The notes beneath the pieces are model-generated. The model was given only the letters and a program-made list of their open reading frames with translations, ran no database searches and was not told where the DNA came from. The position numbers and the translations under genes were made by a program. This document shows, in pieces, positions 26,291 through 36,304 of a DNA stretch of 64,000 bases; positions within the stretch are counted from its first letter, which is position 1; each line of letters begins with the position of its first letter. This stretch comes from an uncultured Actinomycetota bacterium (GTDB lineage Bacteria; Actinomycetota; Actinomycetes; Actinomycetales; CAWJMD01), in NCBI GenBank assembly GCA_963700925.1, contig OY969553.1, positions 4,444,710-4,508,709 of the forward strand, written 5' to 3'.

Positions 26291-26875
26291 GTGAGCGACC
26301 GCACGCTGCGCGAGGTCGTGACGGACCCGGCAGCGGTGCAGGCACGTCTCGACGCCATCGGCGACGACCCGGAGACCACAGGTGAGCGGGTCGGCCTGCT
26401 GCGCATGCTCGGTCGCCTGGACGAGGCGCTCGAGCTCGCACGGGCACACCACAAGGCGCTGCTTGCCGAGTGGCGCACGGGGGCGCCGGGCGGCACCGAC
26501 GCTGCCGACCGTGCTGACGCCTCCGACCGGGCCGACGTCCGCGCCACGGCCGCGGCGATCCGACTGGCGCACGTGCACCACTGGCGAGGCGAGCACGCCG
26601 TCGCCGACGCCCTGCTCACCTCGGCCCTGAGCCACGCCGGCGCGCACGGGCATGCCGAGCTGGTCGGTTACGCGCTGCAGCACCGGGCCAAGAGCCGGTT
26701 CGACGCGGGTGACCTGCACGGCGCGATCGCGGACATCACCGCCGCGCTGCAGCACCGTCGACAGCATCACCTCCCGGCCGACCAGCTGGCTTCGTCCGAG
26801 CAGGCATACGCCACCATCGCCGAGGCGTTCCACCGCGCCTTCCCCGACGAGAACCCGCCGTCGTCGGCAGTCTGA
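26291..26875 (+). CDS. Hypothetical protein (helical/TPR-like, 194 aa)
   Basis: GTG at 26291. These are the last 194 codons of the 355-aa ORF. GC3 is high. I recognise no family. Confidence 0.4.
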   Translation: MSDRTLREVVTDPAAVQARLDAIGDDPETTGERVGLLRMLGRLDEALELARAHHKALLAEWRTGAPGGTDAADRADASDRADVRATAAAIRLAHVHHWRGEHAVADALLTSALSHAGAHGHAELVGYALQHRAKSRFDAGDLHGAIADITAALQHRRQHHLPADQLASSEQAYATIAEAFHRAFPDENPPSSAV

Positions 26876-26911
26876 ACGCTCAGTGCCGAGGAAAGGGACG
26901 ACGACTCGAGG

Positions 26912-28741
26912 TCAGTGCTTCGGGTAGAGCGCATCCACCTCGTCGGCGAAGGCCTTCATGATGACTGCCCGCTTCATCTTCAGGCTCGGGGTCAGGTGAC
27001 CGTCGGCCTCGGTGAAGTCGACCGGCAGGACCCGGAACTTCTTGATCTGCTCGGCAAGGGAGACCGTGGCGTTCGCCTCGTTGACTGCCGTCCTCAGGTC
27101 GTCGAGCAGCGTTCTGTCCTTGGTCAGCTCGGCGATGGGGGTCGCCGGTCGCTCGTGCTGGTCGAGCCACGCGGCGACGGCGTCGGGGTCGAGCGTGATG
27201 AGCGCGGTGATCTGGGGACGGTCGTCACCGAGAACGAGCGCCTGGCTGACGAGAGGGTGTGCACGGATGACGTCCTCGAGCGGTGCCGGTGAGACGTTCT
27301 TTCCGGCGGACGTCACCAGGATCTCCTTCTTGCGCCCCGTGATCGAGAGGTACCCATCCGAGTCGAGGGAGCCGAGGTCGCCGGTGTGGAACCAGCCGTC
27401 GGCGTCGACGACCTCGGCGGTCGCCGACTCGTTCTTCCAGTAGCCGTGGAACACGTGGCCGCCGCGCAGCAGCACCTCGCCGTCGTCCCCGATCGAGACC
27501 TCGAAGCGGGGAAGCGGGCGACCGACAGAGCCGATCCGTTGTGCCACACGGGTGTTCACGGTTGCGGCTGCCGTGGTCTCGGTCAGTCCGTACCCCTCGA
27601 GCACGGTGACGCCGATGCCTCGGAAGAAGTGCCCGAGGCGAGGACCGAGTGACGCGCCACCTGAGACCGCCCAGCGCACCTGGCCGCCGAGGGCGGCGGA
27701 GATCTTGCCGTAGACCAGGCGTGCGAAGACTGCGTGCTTGACGGTGAGGAGCGGTCCTGGCCGGCCGCGGTCGAGGGCCTCGCTGTACGCGATCGCGGTG
27801 GCAGCGGCCTTGTCGAAGATCTTCTCCTTGCCGCCGGCGACGGCCTTGCGGCGGGCACCGTCGAAGACGCGCTCGAAGACGCGGGGCACGGCCAGCACGA
27901 ACGTGGGGGAGAAGGTCGGCAGGTCAAGGGTAATGCGCGCGATGTCGCTGTGCCCGGTGTGCACACCGGTGAGCAGGACCGCGACCTGGATCATCCGCCC
28001 GAACACGTGGGCCAGGGGCAGGAACAGCAGGGTCGAGGCCTCGGGGTCCTCGAAGAGCTCGGGCAGGAACTCGACGGCGGAGATCACCTCGGCCAGGAAG
28101 TTGGCGTGGGTCAGCTCGCAGCCCTTGGGACGGCCGGTGGTGCCCGACGTGTAGATCAGGGTCGCGATCGTGTCCGGTGTCAGGCTCGCGCGACGACTGT
28201 CGAGCTCGTCGACCGAGACGGCTGTGCCCGATGCGGCGAGCGCGGTGAGGGACACCTCGGGGTCGGCGCCCTCGATCAGCCAGTGGTACTTCAGGTCTGG
28301 GAGCTGGCTGCGAACCTGGTCCAGCGCTTCCTCGTGGCCGCCGTGCTCGAGGACCACACCCACGGCGCCGGAGTCCTCGAGGATCCACCTCAGCTGCTCG
28401 GCCGACGAGCTCTCGTAGACCGGAACGCTCACGGCGCCGGCGCTCCAGATGGCCATGTCGACGAGCGTCCACTCGTACCTGGTCTTGGCCATCAGGGCCA
28501 CCCGGTCGCCGGGCTGCACACCCGACGCGACCAGACCGCGCGCCACGTCCTCGACCTCGGCACGGAACTCTCCAGCCGTGATCGGGACCCACGACGACCC
28601 GTCGCGCCGGCTGATCAACCGGCGGTCGGGGTCGGCCTCGGCATGGTGGACGACGATGTCGGCCAGGCTGGTCGGCGCGTCGTCGGTGAGCCACCACGAC
28701 GTGACGGATGCGGGCCGCGGCGCGGAGGGTGCAGTGCTCAT
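26912..28741 (-). CDS. Long-chain fatty-acid--CoA ligase (AMP-dependent synthetase)
   Basis: ATG at 28741 (MSTAPSAP), 609 aa. AMP-binding motif LIYTSGTTGRPKG, also YGLTETT and GWFHTGDLG. Confidence 0.9.
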   Translation of the reverse strand: MSTAPSAPRPASVTSWWLTDDAPTSLADIVVHHAEADPDRRLISRRDGSSWVPITAGEFRAEVEDVARGLVASGVQPGDRVALMAKTRYEWTLVDMAIWSAGAVSVPVYESSSAEQLRWILEDSGAVGVVLEHGGHEEALDQVRSQLPDLKYHWLIEGADPEVSLTALAASGTAVSVDELDSRRASLTPDTIATLIYTSGTTGRPKGCELTHANFLAEVISAVEFLPELFEDPEASTLLFLPLAHVFGRMIQVAVLLTGVHTGHSDIARITLDLPTFSPTFVLAVPRVFERVFDGARRKAVAGGKEKIFDKAAATAIAYSEALDRGRPGPLLTVKHAVFARLVYGKISAALGGQVRWAVSGGASLGPRLGHFFRGIGVTVLEGYGLTETTAAATVNTRVAQRIGSVGRPLPRFEVSIGDDGEVLLRGGHVFHGYWKNESATAEVVDADGWFHTGDLGSLDSDGYLSITGRKKEILVTSAGKNVSPAPLEDVIRAHPLVSQALVLGDDRPQITALITLDPDAVAAWLDQHERPATPIAELTKDRTLLDDLRTAVNEANATVSLAEQIKKFRVLPVDFTEADGHLTPSLKMKRAVIMKAFADEVDALYPKH

Positions 28742-28761
28742 CGGGCCAGCGTAGAGCCGTC

Positions 28762-29757
28762 TCAGGCGGTGCTGGTGTTTCCCTCGACCACGTCGGTCGG
28801 CGCGCCGTGGACGGCGGGGATGCGGCCGAGCCTGCCGGCCTGGTAGTCCTCGAAGGCGGTGATGACCTCGGCGCGGGTGTTCATCACGAAAGGACCCGCC
28901 CACGCGACCGGCTCGCGGATGGGTTGACCACCGAGCACCAGCACCTCGAGCGCGGGCTCGGCGGCCGACTGGCTGGGGTCCGCGGCGAGCTCGAGCGCTT
29001 CTCCGGCGCCGAGCACCGCCAGCTGACCCTTGCGGACCGGTGTCGCGTTCGGCCCGACGGTGCCGCGACCGGCCAGCACGTAGACCAGGGCGTTGAAGTC
29101 GGCACGCCACGGCATCGACAGCCGCGCACCTGGTGTCACCGTGCCGTGCAGCATCGTGATCGGCGTCAGGGTGCTGCCGGGTCCGACGTGGCCGTCCACC
29201 TCACCGGCGACGACGCGCAGGAGGGCACCGCCGTCCTCGCTGGAGAGGAGGGTGTTCTCGGTCGCCCGCAGGTCCTGGTAGCGCGGCGGCGCGAGCTTGT
29301 GAACCCGGGGGAGGTTCACCCACAGCTGGATGCCGTGGAACAGCCCGCCGCTCACCACCAGGGACTCCGGCGGCTTCTCGATGTGCAGCAGCCCCGAGCC
29401 GGCGGTCATCCACTGGGTGTCGCCGTCCGTGATAACACCGCCGCCACCCTCGGAGTCGGCATGCTCGAAGGTGCCGTCGATGATGTAGGTGACGGTCTCG
29501 AACCCGCGGTGCGGGTGCCATGACGTCCCCTTCGGCTCACCTGGCGCGTACTCGACCTCGCCCATCTGGTCCATGTGGATGAAGGGGTCGAGGTCGGCCA
29601 GGTCGACTCCAGCGAAGGCCCGGCGCACCGGGAACCCCTCTCCCTCGAAGCCGCTCGGAGCGGTGGTCACCTGGCGGACGGGTCGCTGCCGTGCGGACGC
29701 CGGGGGCGCCGTGACGCGAGGTAGGACCGTGACGTCGGGGACGGTGATGGCGGGCAT
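28762..29757 (-). CDS. Pirin family protein (second copy)
   Basis: ATG at 29757. Sequence: WHPHRGFETVTYIIDGTFEHADSEGGGG...WMTAGSGLLHIE. Confidence 0.85.
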   Translation of the reverse strand: MPAITVPDVTVLPRVTAPPASARQRPVRQVTTAPSGFEGEGFPVRRAFAGVDLADLDPFIHMDQMGEVEYAPGEPKGTSWHPHRGFETVTYIIDGTFEHADSEGGGGVITDGDTQWMTAGSGLLHIEKPPESLVVSGGLFHGIQLWVNLPRVHKLAPPRYQDLRATENTLLSSEDGGALLRVVAGEVDGHVGPGSTLTPITMLHGTVTPGARLSMPWRADFNALVYVLAGRGTVGPNATPVRKGQLAVLGAGEALELAADPSQSAAEPALEVLVLGGQPIREPVAWAGPFVMNTRAEVITAFEDYQAGRLGRIPAVHGAPTDVVEGNTSTA

Positions 29758-29848
29758 CCGCGAGACTCCGTTCTCAGGCTTTGTTGTTGAAGGCTGAACA
29801 AATCGGTCCGCACCGCGCATTCCCTCGGCGCTGCGGTTCGATGGTGCC

Positions 29849-30688
29849 GTGGCCTTCACGTACATGGTGCGCCCGCCGGAGTCGCCGTTGTCGCGCTTCG
29901 TGGAGATCTGTTTCTACGCCAAGGGACACATCGCGACACCGAGGGAGCAGATCGCGCCGACCGGATCGACCGTGGCGGGGATCGTCCTCGGTCCGCCGAT
30001 CCTGCAGGCTCCGCTGGGTGGTTCGACGTGCACCGCCGTCAACGGCTTCGTGATCGGGCCGCACGACCGGCCCATCGTCAACGAGCCGACGGGGGAGACG
30101 TACTGCCTGGGCGTCGTCGCCACGCCGGTCGGGGCGTCTGCCGTCTTCGGGCTCGCCCCCGCGACCCTTCGAGGGCGGGTGGTCGAGCTGGGGGACGGGT
30201 GGCCATCGGGTGTGCCGCTGCGCACAGCTGTCGCCGCACTGAGCGACCCCGACGAGATGCTCGACCTCGTGGAGTCGGTCCTGCTCGACGGGCTCGATCT
30301 CCACGTGCGCGGTGTCGAACGGTGCGCTGAGGCCGTCGCTGCTCTGGAGGCAGACCCCACGCGCTCGGTCGCGGCGCTGGCGCATGACCTCGGCATCAGC
30401 CACGCGCACCTCGACCGGGAGTTCGCGCGAGTGGTCGGACTGACGCCGCGGGTGCTGTCGAGGATCCTGAGGATGCGTCGCCTGCTCGAGTCGATCGACC
30501 CGAGCCGGCCGGTCCGCTGGACGGAGGAGGCCGAGCGCTGGGGCTGGTTCGACCAGGCGCACCTGATCCGTGACTTCAAGCGGCACACCGGTGTGACGCC
30601 GTCGCAGTACGTCGCCGCCCAGCGCACCTACGGTGACGGGGACGCCGCTCCCGGCTTCGTTCCCGACCTGGCGTCCGACCCTGGGTGA
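29849..30688 (+). CDS. AraC family transcriptional regulator
   Basis: C-terminal HTH: SHAHLDREFARVVGLTPRVLSRILRMRR...FDQAHLIRDFKRHTGVTPSQY. It diverges from the pirin gene. Confidence 0.8.
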   Translation: MAFTYMVRPPESPLSRFVEICFYAKGHIATPREQIAPTGSTVAGIVLGPPILQAPLGGSTCTAVNGFVIGPHDRPIVNEPTGETYCLGVVATPVGASAVFGLAPATLRGRVVELGDGWPSGVPLRTAVAALSDPDEMLDLVESVLLDGLDLHVRGVERCAEAVAALEADPTRSVAALAHDLGISHAHLDREFARVVGLTPRVLSRILRMRRLLESIDPSRPVRWTEEAERWGWFDQAHLIRDFKRHTGVTPSQYVAAQRTYGDGDAAPGFVPDLASDPG

Positions 30689-30757
30689 AGTCTGTCCAAG
30701 ACGGGGACGGGAGCGCGCCCGGACGATGCCCTCAGCCCCGCTACCCGAGGAGAGTCC

Positions 30758-31315
30758 ATGGCCGACATCGCCGCTGCCGCCGCCACGCAGATGCGCAACA
30801 TCGAGGTGAGCACCGGACGGACCGTCAGCCAGTGGACTGCGGCCGTGGCCGACGCCGGCCTGGTCAAGCACGGACAGATCATGGCGTGGCTCAAGTCGGA
30901 GCACGGCCTGACGCACGGCAACGCCAACGCGCTGGCGATGGCCGTCCGCGAACAGGTGGCTGGCGGACGGGCGGACGACGAGGCGTTGGTCGCCGCCCAG
31001 TACGCCGGGGCGAAGTCGGCACTCCGTCCGGTCCACGACGAGGTGGTGCGTCTGGCCCGCGGCCTCGGGCGAGACGTGGAGGTGTCGGTGAAGAAGACCG
31101 GCGTCAGCCTGCGCCGAGCAAGGCAGTTCGCCCTCGTCGAGGCGCCCTCGTCGAAGCGCGTGCAGCTCGGACTCAACCTCAAGGGCGTCGCGCCGACCGA
31201 CCGGCTGAAGGTGATGGGTGGAATGTGCACTCACAAGGTCGATCTCACCGGCGTCGTCGAGATCGACGACGAGCTGACGGGCTGGCTGCGGGCCGCCTAC
31301 GACGCGGCCGGGTGA
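30758..31315 (+). CDS. DUF4287/DUF5655-type protein
   Basis: Sequence: TGRTVSQWTAAVADAGLVKHGQIMAWLKSEHGLTHGNANALA. Confidence 0.65.
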   Translation: MADIAAAAATQMRNIEVSTGRTVSQWTAAVADAGLVKHGQIMAWLKSEHGLTHGNANALAMAVREQVAGGRADDEALVAAQYAGAKSALRPVHDEVVRLARGLGRDVEVSVKKTGVSLRRARQFALVEAPSSKRVQLGLNLKGVAPTDRLKVMGGMCTHKVDLTGVVEIDDELTGWLRAAYDAAG

Positions 31316-31364
31316 CGTCGAGGGCTCCGGTCATGGGAGGCTCGGGGCAACTCGTCCGCCATCG

Positions 31365-32585
31365 ATGGAGATCGTGATGACCGACGCACCCACCGCAGGT
31401 CCCATGCCGATGGATCCGCGCCTGCTCGACCGCGAGGCAGTCATGCGCGCTCTGCGGCCGTTCGGCGAGTCGACCATGCTCCCGGCGCAGGCGTACACGT
31501 CTGCTGACGTGCTGGCCTGGGAGCAGCGGCACCTCTTCGCCGGAACCTGGACGTGCCTCGGTCGCGAGGTCGACCTGCGAGACGCGGCTCTGAAGCAGCG
31601 CGCGCTCGTCGTCGGGGACGTCCCTGTTCTGCTGATGTGGACCGACGGGGAGCCGCTGCGCGCCTTCGCCAACACCTGCCGCCACCGCGGTCACGAGCTG
31701 CTCCCGACCGGCGAGTCGTCCGCCAACCGGTCGGTCGTCTGCCCGTACCACGCATGGTCGTACGCACTCGACGGCTCGCTGCGCGCCGCGCCTGGGTTCC
31801 GGGAGTCTGCGACGTTCGAGCCGGAGGCGAACTCGCTGGTCGAGCTCCCGCTCGAGACCTGGCACGGCTGGGTGTTCGTACACGCCCTGCGAGCTTCCGA
31901 CGAGGGCCCCCTCGTCGCGTTCGCGGACCACATCGGCGACCTCGAGAGCATCGTCGCGCCCTACGCGCCGGAGCAGCTCCACCGCGGGGCGCGCCACAGC
32001 TACACGGTCGCGGCGAACTGGAAGGTGGTCTCGGAGAACTACCACGAGTGCTACCACTGCCCTCTGATCCACCCCGAGCTCTGCCAGGTCTCGCCGCCGA
32101 CCTCGGGCGACAACTACCACCTCGCTGGTGCCTGGGTGGGCGGCTCGATGGAGCTGCGGGACGGCGCCGCGACGATGTCCCTGACCGGGCAGTCGGGCGG
32201 TCGGCCCATCGCGGGCGTCGACCCACAGAGGGTGGAGTACCTCGGCCTGCTGCCCAACCTGCTGATCTCGGCGCACCCGGACTACGTGATGACGCACCGG
32301 CTGGTGCCGCAGGCTCCCGACCGGACGTGGATCGAGTGCTCCTGGTACTTCGTCGATCCCGAGACCGACCCGACCTACGCGGTGGAGTTCTGGGACATCA
32401 CGAACCGGCAGGACTGGGGCGCGTGCGAGTCGGTGCAGAGGGGTCTCGCGTCGCCGCACTTCCGGCCCGGTCCTCTCGCCCCCAACGAGGACGCCGTGCA
32501 CCAGCTCGTGAGCACGGTTGGCCGCGCCTATCTCGGCGAGCCGATGCACCAGTCGGTGACATCCGTTCCGGCTCAGTCCGGCTGA
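31365..32585 (+). CDS. Rieske [2Fe-2S] aromatic ring-hydroxylating oxygenase alpha subunit
   Basis: Rieske motif CRHRGHEL...CPYHAWSY, plus a non-heme-iron domain (ENYHECYHCPLIHPEL). Confidence 0.85.
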   Translation: MEIVMTDAPTAGPMPMDPRLLDREAVMRALRPFGESTMLPAQAYTSADVLAWEQRHLFAGTWTCLGREVDLRDAALKQRALVVGDVPVLLMWTDGEPLRAFANTCRHRGHELLPTGESSANRSVVCPYHAWSYALDGSLRAAPGFRESATFEPEANSLVELPLETWHGWVFVHALRASDEGPLVAFADHIGDLESIVAPYAPEQLHRGARHSYTVAANWKVVSENYHECYHCPLIHPELCQVSPPTSGDNYHLAGAWVGGSMELRDGAATMSLTGQSGGRPIAGVDPQRVEYLGLLPNLLISAHPDYVMTHRLVPQAPDRTWIECSWYFVDPETDPTYAVEFWDITNRQDWGACESVQRGLASPHFRPGPLAPNEDAVHQLVSTVGRAYLGEPMHQSVTSVPAQSG

Positions 32586-32662
32586 CCCTCGGCGCTGAGC
32601 AGGTAGGGCGCGGAGAGCCACAGCGCGACAACCAGGAACACGAAGCCGACGCCGACCGGCAC
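32573..32662 (-). CDS. Candidate small hydrophobic ORF (29 aa) just downstream of ltrA
   Basis: Own translation from GTG (complement of 32660-32662): VPVGVGFVFLVVALWLSAPYLLSAEGQPD*. 27 of 29 codons end in G or C. It is below the ORF-track length cutoff. Confidence 0.25.
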   Translation of the reverse strand: MPVGVGFVFLVVALWLSAPYLLSAEGQPD

Positions 32663-32673
32663 GATGAGAAAGG

Positions 32674-33900
32674 TCAGGTCGGCGACTCGTGGTGCTCGGA
32701 CGCGTGCCGGACCCGATCGCGGAACTCCGAGAAGTGGACCGCCTCGAAGACGAGGAGGGCGACCAGCACCAACGTGAGGAGGCCGAGTGCGGCCAAGGCG
32801 GGCAGGGCCGCGCCGGCCGGCACCAGGGCGAGCACCAGGGCCCCGGTGATGACACGCGGCCGGCTGACGACACCCATCAGGCGCAGCTTGAAGGCGACGT
32901 GGCCCAGCAGGTAGGTGGCGACACCGCCGAAAAGGGCGTACAGGCCGACCCCGGTCAGGGCATCGGTCAGCTCATGGTGCTCGGTGTCGGCGACGTACTC
33001 GAGCACCTTCTTCAGGCCCAGGGCGAGCAGCACGACGCCCACGATCAGGGGCAGGTGCAGGTAGCTGAACGCGTCGCGGGCCAGGCGTGACCGCTCCTCG
33101 CCGTCCACCTCGGCCAAGGCCTGCTCGCCGAGCCTGGACGTCACGTCGAAGTACAGCCACCACAGCGACGCCGACAGCGTCAGGCCGAGCACGGACGCCG
33201 CGATGATCGCCCCCGACACGGGTTCCTGGGCCACGCCGACCCCGATCGCGACGATCGACTCGCCGAGAGCGACGATCAGGATGAGGCCGTGCCGCTCGGC
33301 GAAGTGGACGGCTGAGCGCAGTCGCCAGCCCGACGCGCCGGCGAGCATCGTCCCGCCGTAGTCGGCCAACAAGGCAGCCGCCCACAGAGCCGTCTGCACC
33401 GCGCCGGTGAACTGTGAGGCCACCAGCAGCAGGGCAGTTGCCGAGAGCATCGACGGGGCGAACTTGACGAGCTGGTGGCGCAGCCCGTCGTCGCCGCTGC
33501 CGACGAACCAGAACATCACGAGGTGCACGGAGCGGAACGCGAAGTAGCACAGGGCGATCACGACCGGCCCCGGCAGCCCGCCAGGCAAATCGGTGAATGC
33601 CTCTGGAATGGCAAGGGAGAGAACGAACATGGCTGCCATCGCAGTGATCATGCTGAGGCCGATGGGTCCCTCGTCCGCCCTGACGATGTTGCCCAGCCAG
33701 GCGAACCCGACCCAGCTCCACCACAGCAGACCGAGCAAGAGCACGCCCCGCAGCACTCCGCGACCGCTGAGGTCGGCCGCCATCAGTGCGGTGATCTGGG
33801 TCAGCCCGAACACGAAGACGAGATCGAAGAACAGCTCGAGCGGCGTAACACGCGCGTCCTCCTCGGACGGCGACGCCCGCAGCGGCGGCAGGACCCTCAT
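32674..33900 (-). CDS. Low-temperature-requirement protein A (LtrA) family membrane protein
   Basis: Sequence: VTPLELFFDLVFVFGLTQITA, with multiple transmembrane segments. Confidence 0.85.
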   Translation of the reverse strand: MRVLPPLRASPSEEDARVTPLELFFDLVFVFGLTQITALMAADLSGRGVLRGVLLLGLLWWSWVGFAWLGNIVRADEGPIGLSMITAMAAMFVLSLAIPEAFTDLPGGLPGPVVIALCYFAFRSVHLVMFWFVGSGDDGLRHQLVKFAPSMLSATALLLVASQFTGAVQTALWAAALLADYGGTMLAGASGWRLRSAVHFAERHGLILIVALGESIVAIGVGVAQEPVSGAIIAASVLGLTLSASLWWLYFDVTSRLGEQALAEVDGEERSRLARDAFSYLHLPLIVGVVLLALGLKKVLEYVADTEHHELTDALTGVGLYALFGGVATYLLGHVAFKLRLMGVVSRPRVITGALVLALVPAGAALPALAALGLLTLVLVALLVFEAVHFSEFRDRVRHASEHHESPT

Positions 33901-33922
33901 CGGATGATCGTGCCACGCACCC

Positions 33923-34321
33923 TCACTGCCACACGCTCATGATCGCGGCGATGACCAGGAGCTTCACCAGCCAGTCGCCGCCGTGGAGCGCCGCCAGCTT
34001 CACCGGCACCTTGTCCCACAGCACGGACCCGGCCAGCAGGACGACCGGGAAGCCGAGCCACAGGGCCAGCCCGAGGAGGGCACCGCCAGTCCAGGTCTCG
34101 ATGCCTATGGCCACGACGAGGCTGGCGACGACGGTGCCGACGAGCAGGCTCCGGAGGAGCTCGAGGCCGATCTGCCAGGGGGGCGGCCTCGTGTCAGCGG
34201 CCTCACGTGCTGTTCCGGTGAGCTCCGCGTATGCCGAGCTGAAGACCGAGTACCAGGCGAAGCTGATGAAGAAGACGGCGATCGCCGCGACGCCGACCGC
34301 CAGGAAGTTGATGTCGATCAT
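33923..34321 (-). CDS. DUF1761 family membrane protein
   Basis: Sequence: MIDINFLAVGVAAIAVFFISFAWYSVF. The product is 132 aa with 4 transmembrane segments. Confidence 0.65.
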   Translation of the reverse strand: MIDINFLAVGVAAIAVFFISFAWYSVFSSAYAELTGTAREAADTRPPPWQIGLELLRSLLVGTVVASLVVAIGIETWTGGALLGLALWLGFPVVLLAGSVLWDKVPVKLAALHGGDWLVKLLVIAAIMSVWQ

Positions 34322-34406
34322 GACTGCTCCTCGTTGTCTGGGCGCCGCCGTGGCCGCCGATGCCTCTCGCAGTGAGGTAGATGCTGGGCACGCGGTTTCG
34401 ACATCC

Positions 34407-35582
34407 CTACGGCTTCAGCAGCTCCGCAACGGCTCGGGTGGCGCGGTCGATCTCGTCCTCGGTGTTGTAGTAGTGCGGGGAGAGCCGCACGAGCGGGTGC
34501 ACGCCCCGGTCCTCGGTGTCGAACTGGTTGTCCTCGGCGATGGTCGTGCTGACGTTGATGTGGTGGCCGGCGAGAGCGGCGGCGACGTCGTCGGCGCTCA
34601 TGCCTTTCACAGCGGCAGTGACGATGGCGCAGTGCTCAACCCCGAGATCGTGGACGGTGACGCCGGCCAGCTCGCCCAGCTGGTCACGCAAACGCCGGCC
34701 GAGAGCCCGAGCGCGTGCCTCGATGGCGTCCAGACCGATGTCGAGGGCCTGCTGCACTGCTGCACCGAGACCCAGCACGTTGACGTAGCTGTTCTCCCAG
34801 GTCTCGAAGCGCCGGGCCCCGGCGGCCCAGTCGTAGCCGCGGCCGCCATTCCATGTCGCAGAGGCGATCTCGACGACGTGGGGTTCCAAGCGCTGCAGTG
34901 CGTTGTCGCTGACCCACAGGAACCCTGTCCCGCGCGGACCTCGAAGGAACTTGCGGCCGGTGCCGGTGAGCATGTCGCAGCCGAGGTCCTGCACGTCGAT
35001 CGGAAGCTGCCCGACCACCTGTGTGGCATCGAGCAGGTACAGGGCGCCCGCCTGGCGCGCGATGCGTCCGACCTCGGCGGCCGGGTTGATGAGGCCGCCG
35101 CTGGTCGGCACCCACGAAAGCCCGATGACGCGGGTCCGCTCGTCGACCAGGGAGCGCAGCGCGTCCACGTCGATCTGCCCGCTGGAGTCGTTCGGAACGA
35201 CCACGACCTCGGCTCCGGTGCGCGCGGCGACCTGCCAGTAGGCCAGGACGTTGCTGCCGTACTCGGAACGGCCGGTGAGGATGCGGTCGCCGCGCCTCAG
35301 AGGCACCGAGTAGAACGCGGCGTTCCAGGCGTGGGTGGAATTGTCGAACAGTGCCACCTGGTCGGGCCGTCCACCGACGAGCTCGGCGATCGCGCGGTAG
35401 GTGTCTTGGATGCGTTCGTGCGCAACGGCTTCCGCCTCGTACCCGCCGATCTCGGCCTCGAGCTGCAGGTGGTCGGTCATGGCTGCCAGCGTGGTCCTCG
35501 ACATGAGGGCCGCGCCGGCATTGTTCAGATGAACCGTGTGGGCGCAGCCGGGTGTCTGGTCACGGAGGTGTTCGATGTCCAC
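34407..35582 (-). CDS. Aminotransferase class V (cysteine desulfurase/epimerase-like)
   Basis: Sequence: HLNNAGAALMSRTTLAAMTDHL...TGRKFLRGPRGTGFLWV. Confidence 0.8.
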   Translation of the reverse strand: MDIEHLRDQTPGCAHTVHLNNAGAALMSRTTLAAMTDHLQLEAEIGGYEAEAVAHERIQDTYRAIAELVGGRPDQVALFDNSTHAWNAAFYSVPLRRGDRILTGRSEYGSNVLAYWQVAARTGAEVVVVPNDSSGQIDVDALRSLVDERTRVIGLSWVPTSGGLINPAAEVGRIARQAGALYLLDATQVVGQLPIDVQDLGCDMLTGTGRKFLRGPRGTGFLWVSDNALQRLEPHVVEIASATWNGGRGYDWAAGARRFETWENSYVNVLGLGAAVQQALDIGLDAIEARARALGRRLRDQLGELAGVTVHDLGVEHCAIVTAAVKGMSADDVAAALAGHHINVSTTIAEDNQFDTEDRGVHPLVRLSPHYYNTEDEIDRATRAVAELLKP

Positions 35583-35602
35583 CGCTGCACTCTGGCACGC
35601 CC

Positions 35603-36196
35603 TCAGCGCTTGACGGCGTACCGCACGTGGGTCACGCCCTGGGACTCGATGATCCGGACCTGCTCGAGGTCGACGTGTCCCACGTGGTCGAGGAGGCGGA
35701 CGCCGGCGCCCAGCACCACCGGCGTGATGCTGAGATTGACCTCGTCGAGGAGCCCGGCACGCAGGAGCTGCTGCGCCACGCTGGCCGTGACCGACACCTT
35801 CTGGTCACCCGCCGCTTGCTGCGCCAGCTCGACCGCGCGCTCGAGGCCATCCGTCACGAACACCACGCGCGGGCTCCACTCGCCCATGGTCGGGGCTTCG
35901 TGGGTGAGCACGAAGTTCGGAACGTCGATGGGGTGACCGTCCTTCCACCCGTTCGCGATGTCGAAGGTGCGTCGGCCGCTGATCATGGCGCCGGCCTCGG
36001 CATTCCAGTCCTCGATGATGCGCTTGCTGGCGTCCGGTGGGCACAGCCACTCGTTGACGCGGTTGCGCTCCGGCCCGGCGTTCATCCACTCGAAGAGCGC
36101 CTCGCCGCCGTCGCCGAGCGGATTGGCCGGTCCGTCATTGGCTCCGGCGATGAAGCCGTCGAGCGAGATCGAGAGGTCGACGACGATGATGCCCAT
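35603..36196 (-). CDS. Dihydrofolate reductase family protein (RibD C-terminal domain), second copy
   Basis: Sequence: MGIIVVDLSISLDGFIAGANDGP...ITPVVLGAGVRLL. Confidence 0.8.
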   Translation of the reverse strand: MGIIVVDLSISLDGFIAGANDGPANPLGDGGEALFEWMNAGPERNRVNEWLCPPDASKRIIEDWNAEAGAMISGRRTFDIANGWKDGHPIDVPNFVLTHEAPTMGEWSPRVVFVTDGLERAVELAQQAAGDQKVSVTASVAQQLLRAGLLDEVNLSITPVVLGAGVRLLDHVGHVDLEQVRIIESQGVTHVRYAVKR

Positions 36197-36304
36197 GGCT
36201 GCTCCTGGTGTTCGCGGTCACCAGTGTGGACCGCCGCCGGCCGGGTAAGTCATCGGCGCATCACTCGATGGTCCAGCACCAGTGGACCTGCGTGACGGCC
36301 CAGC

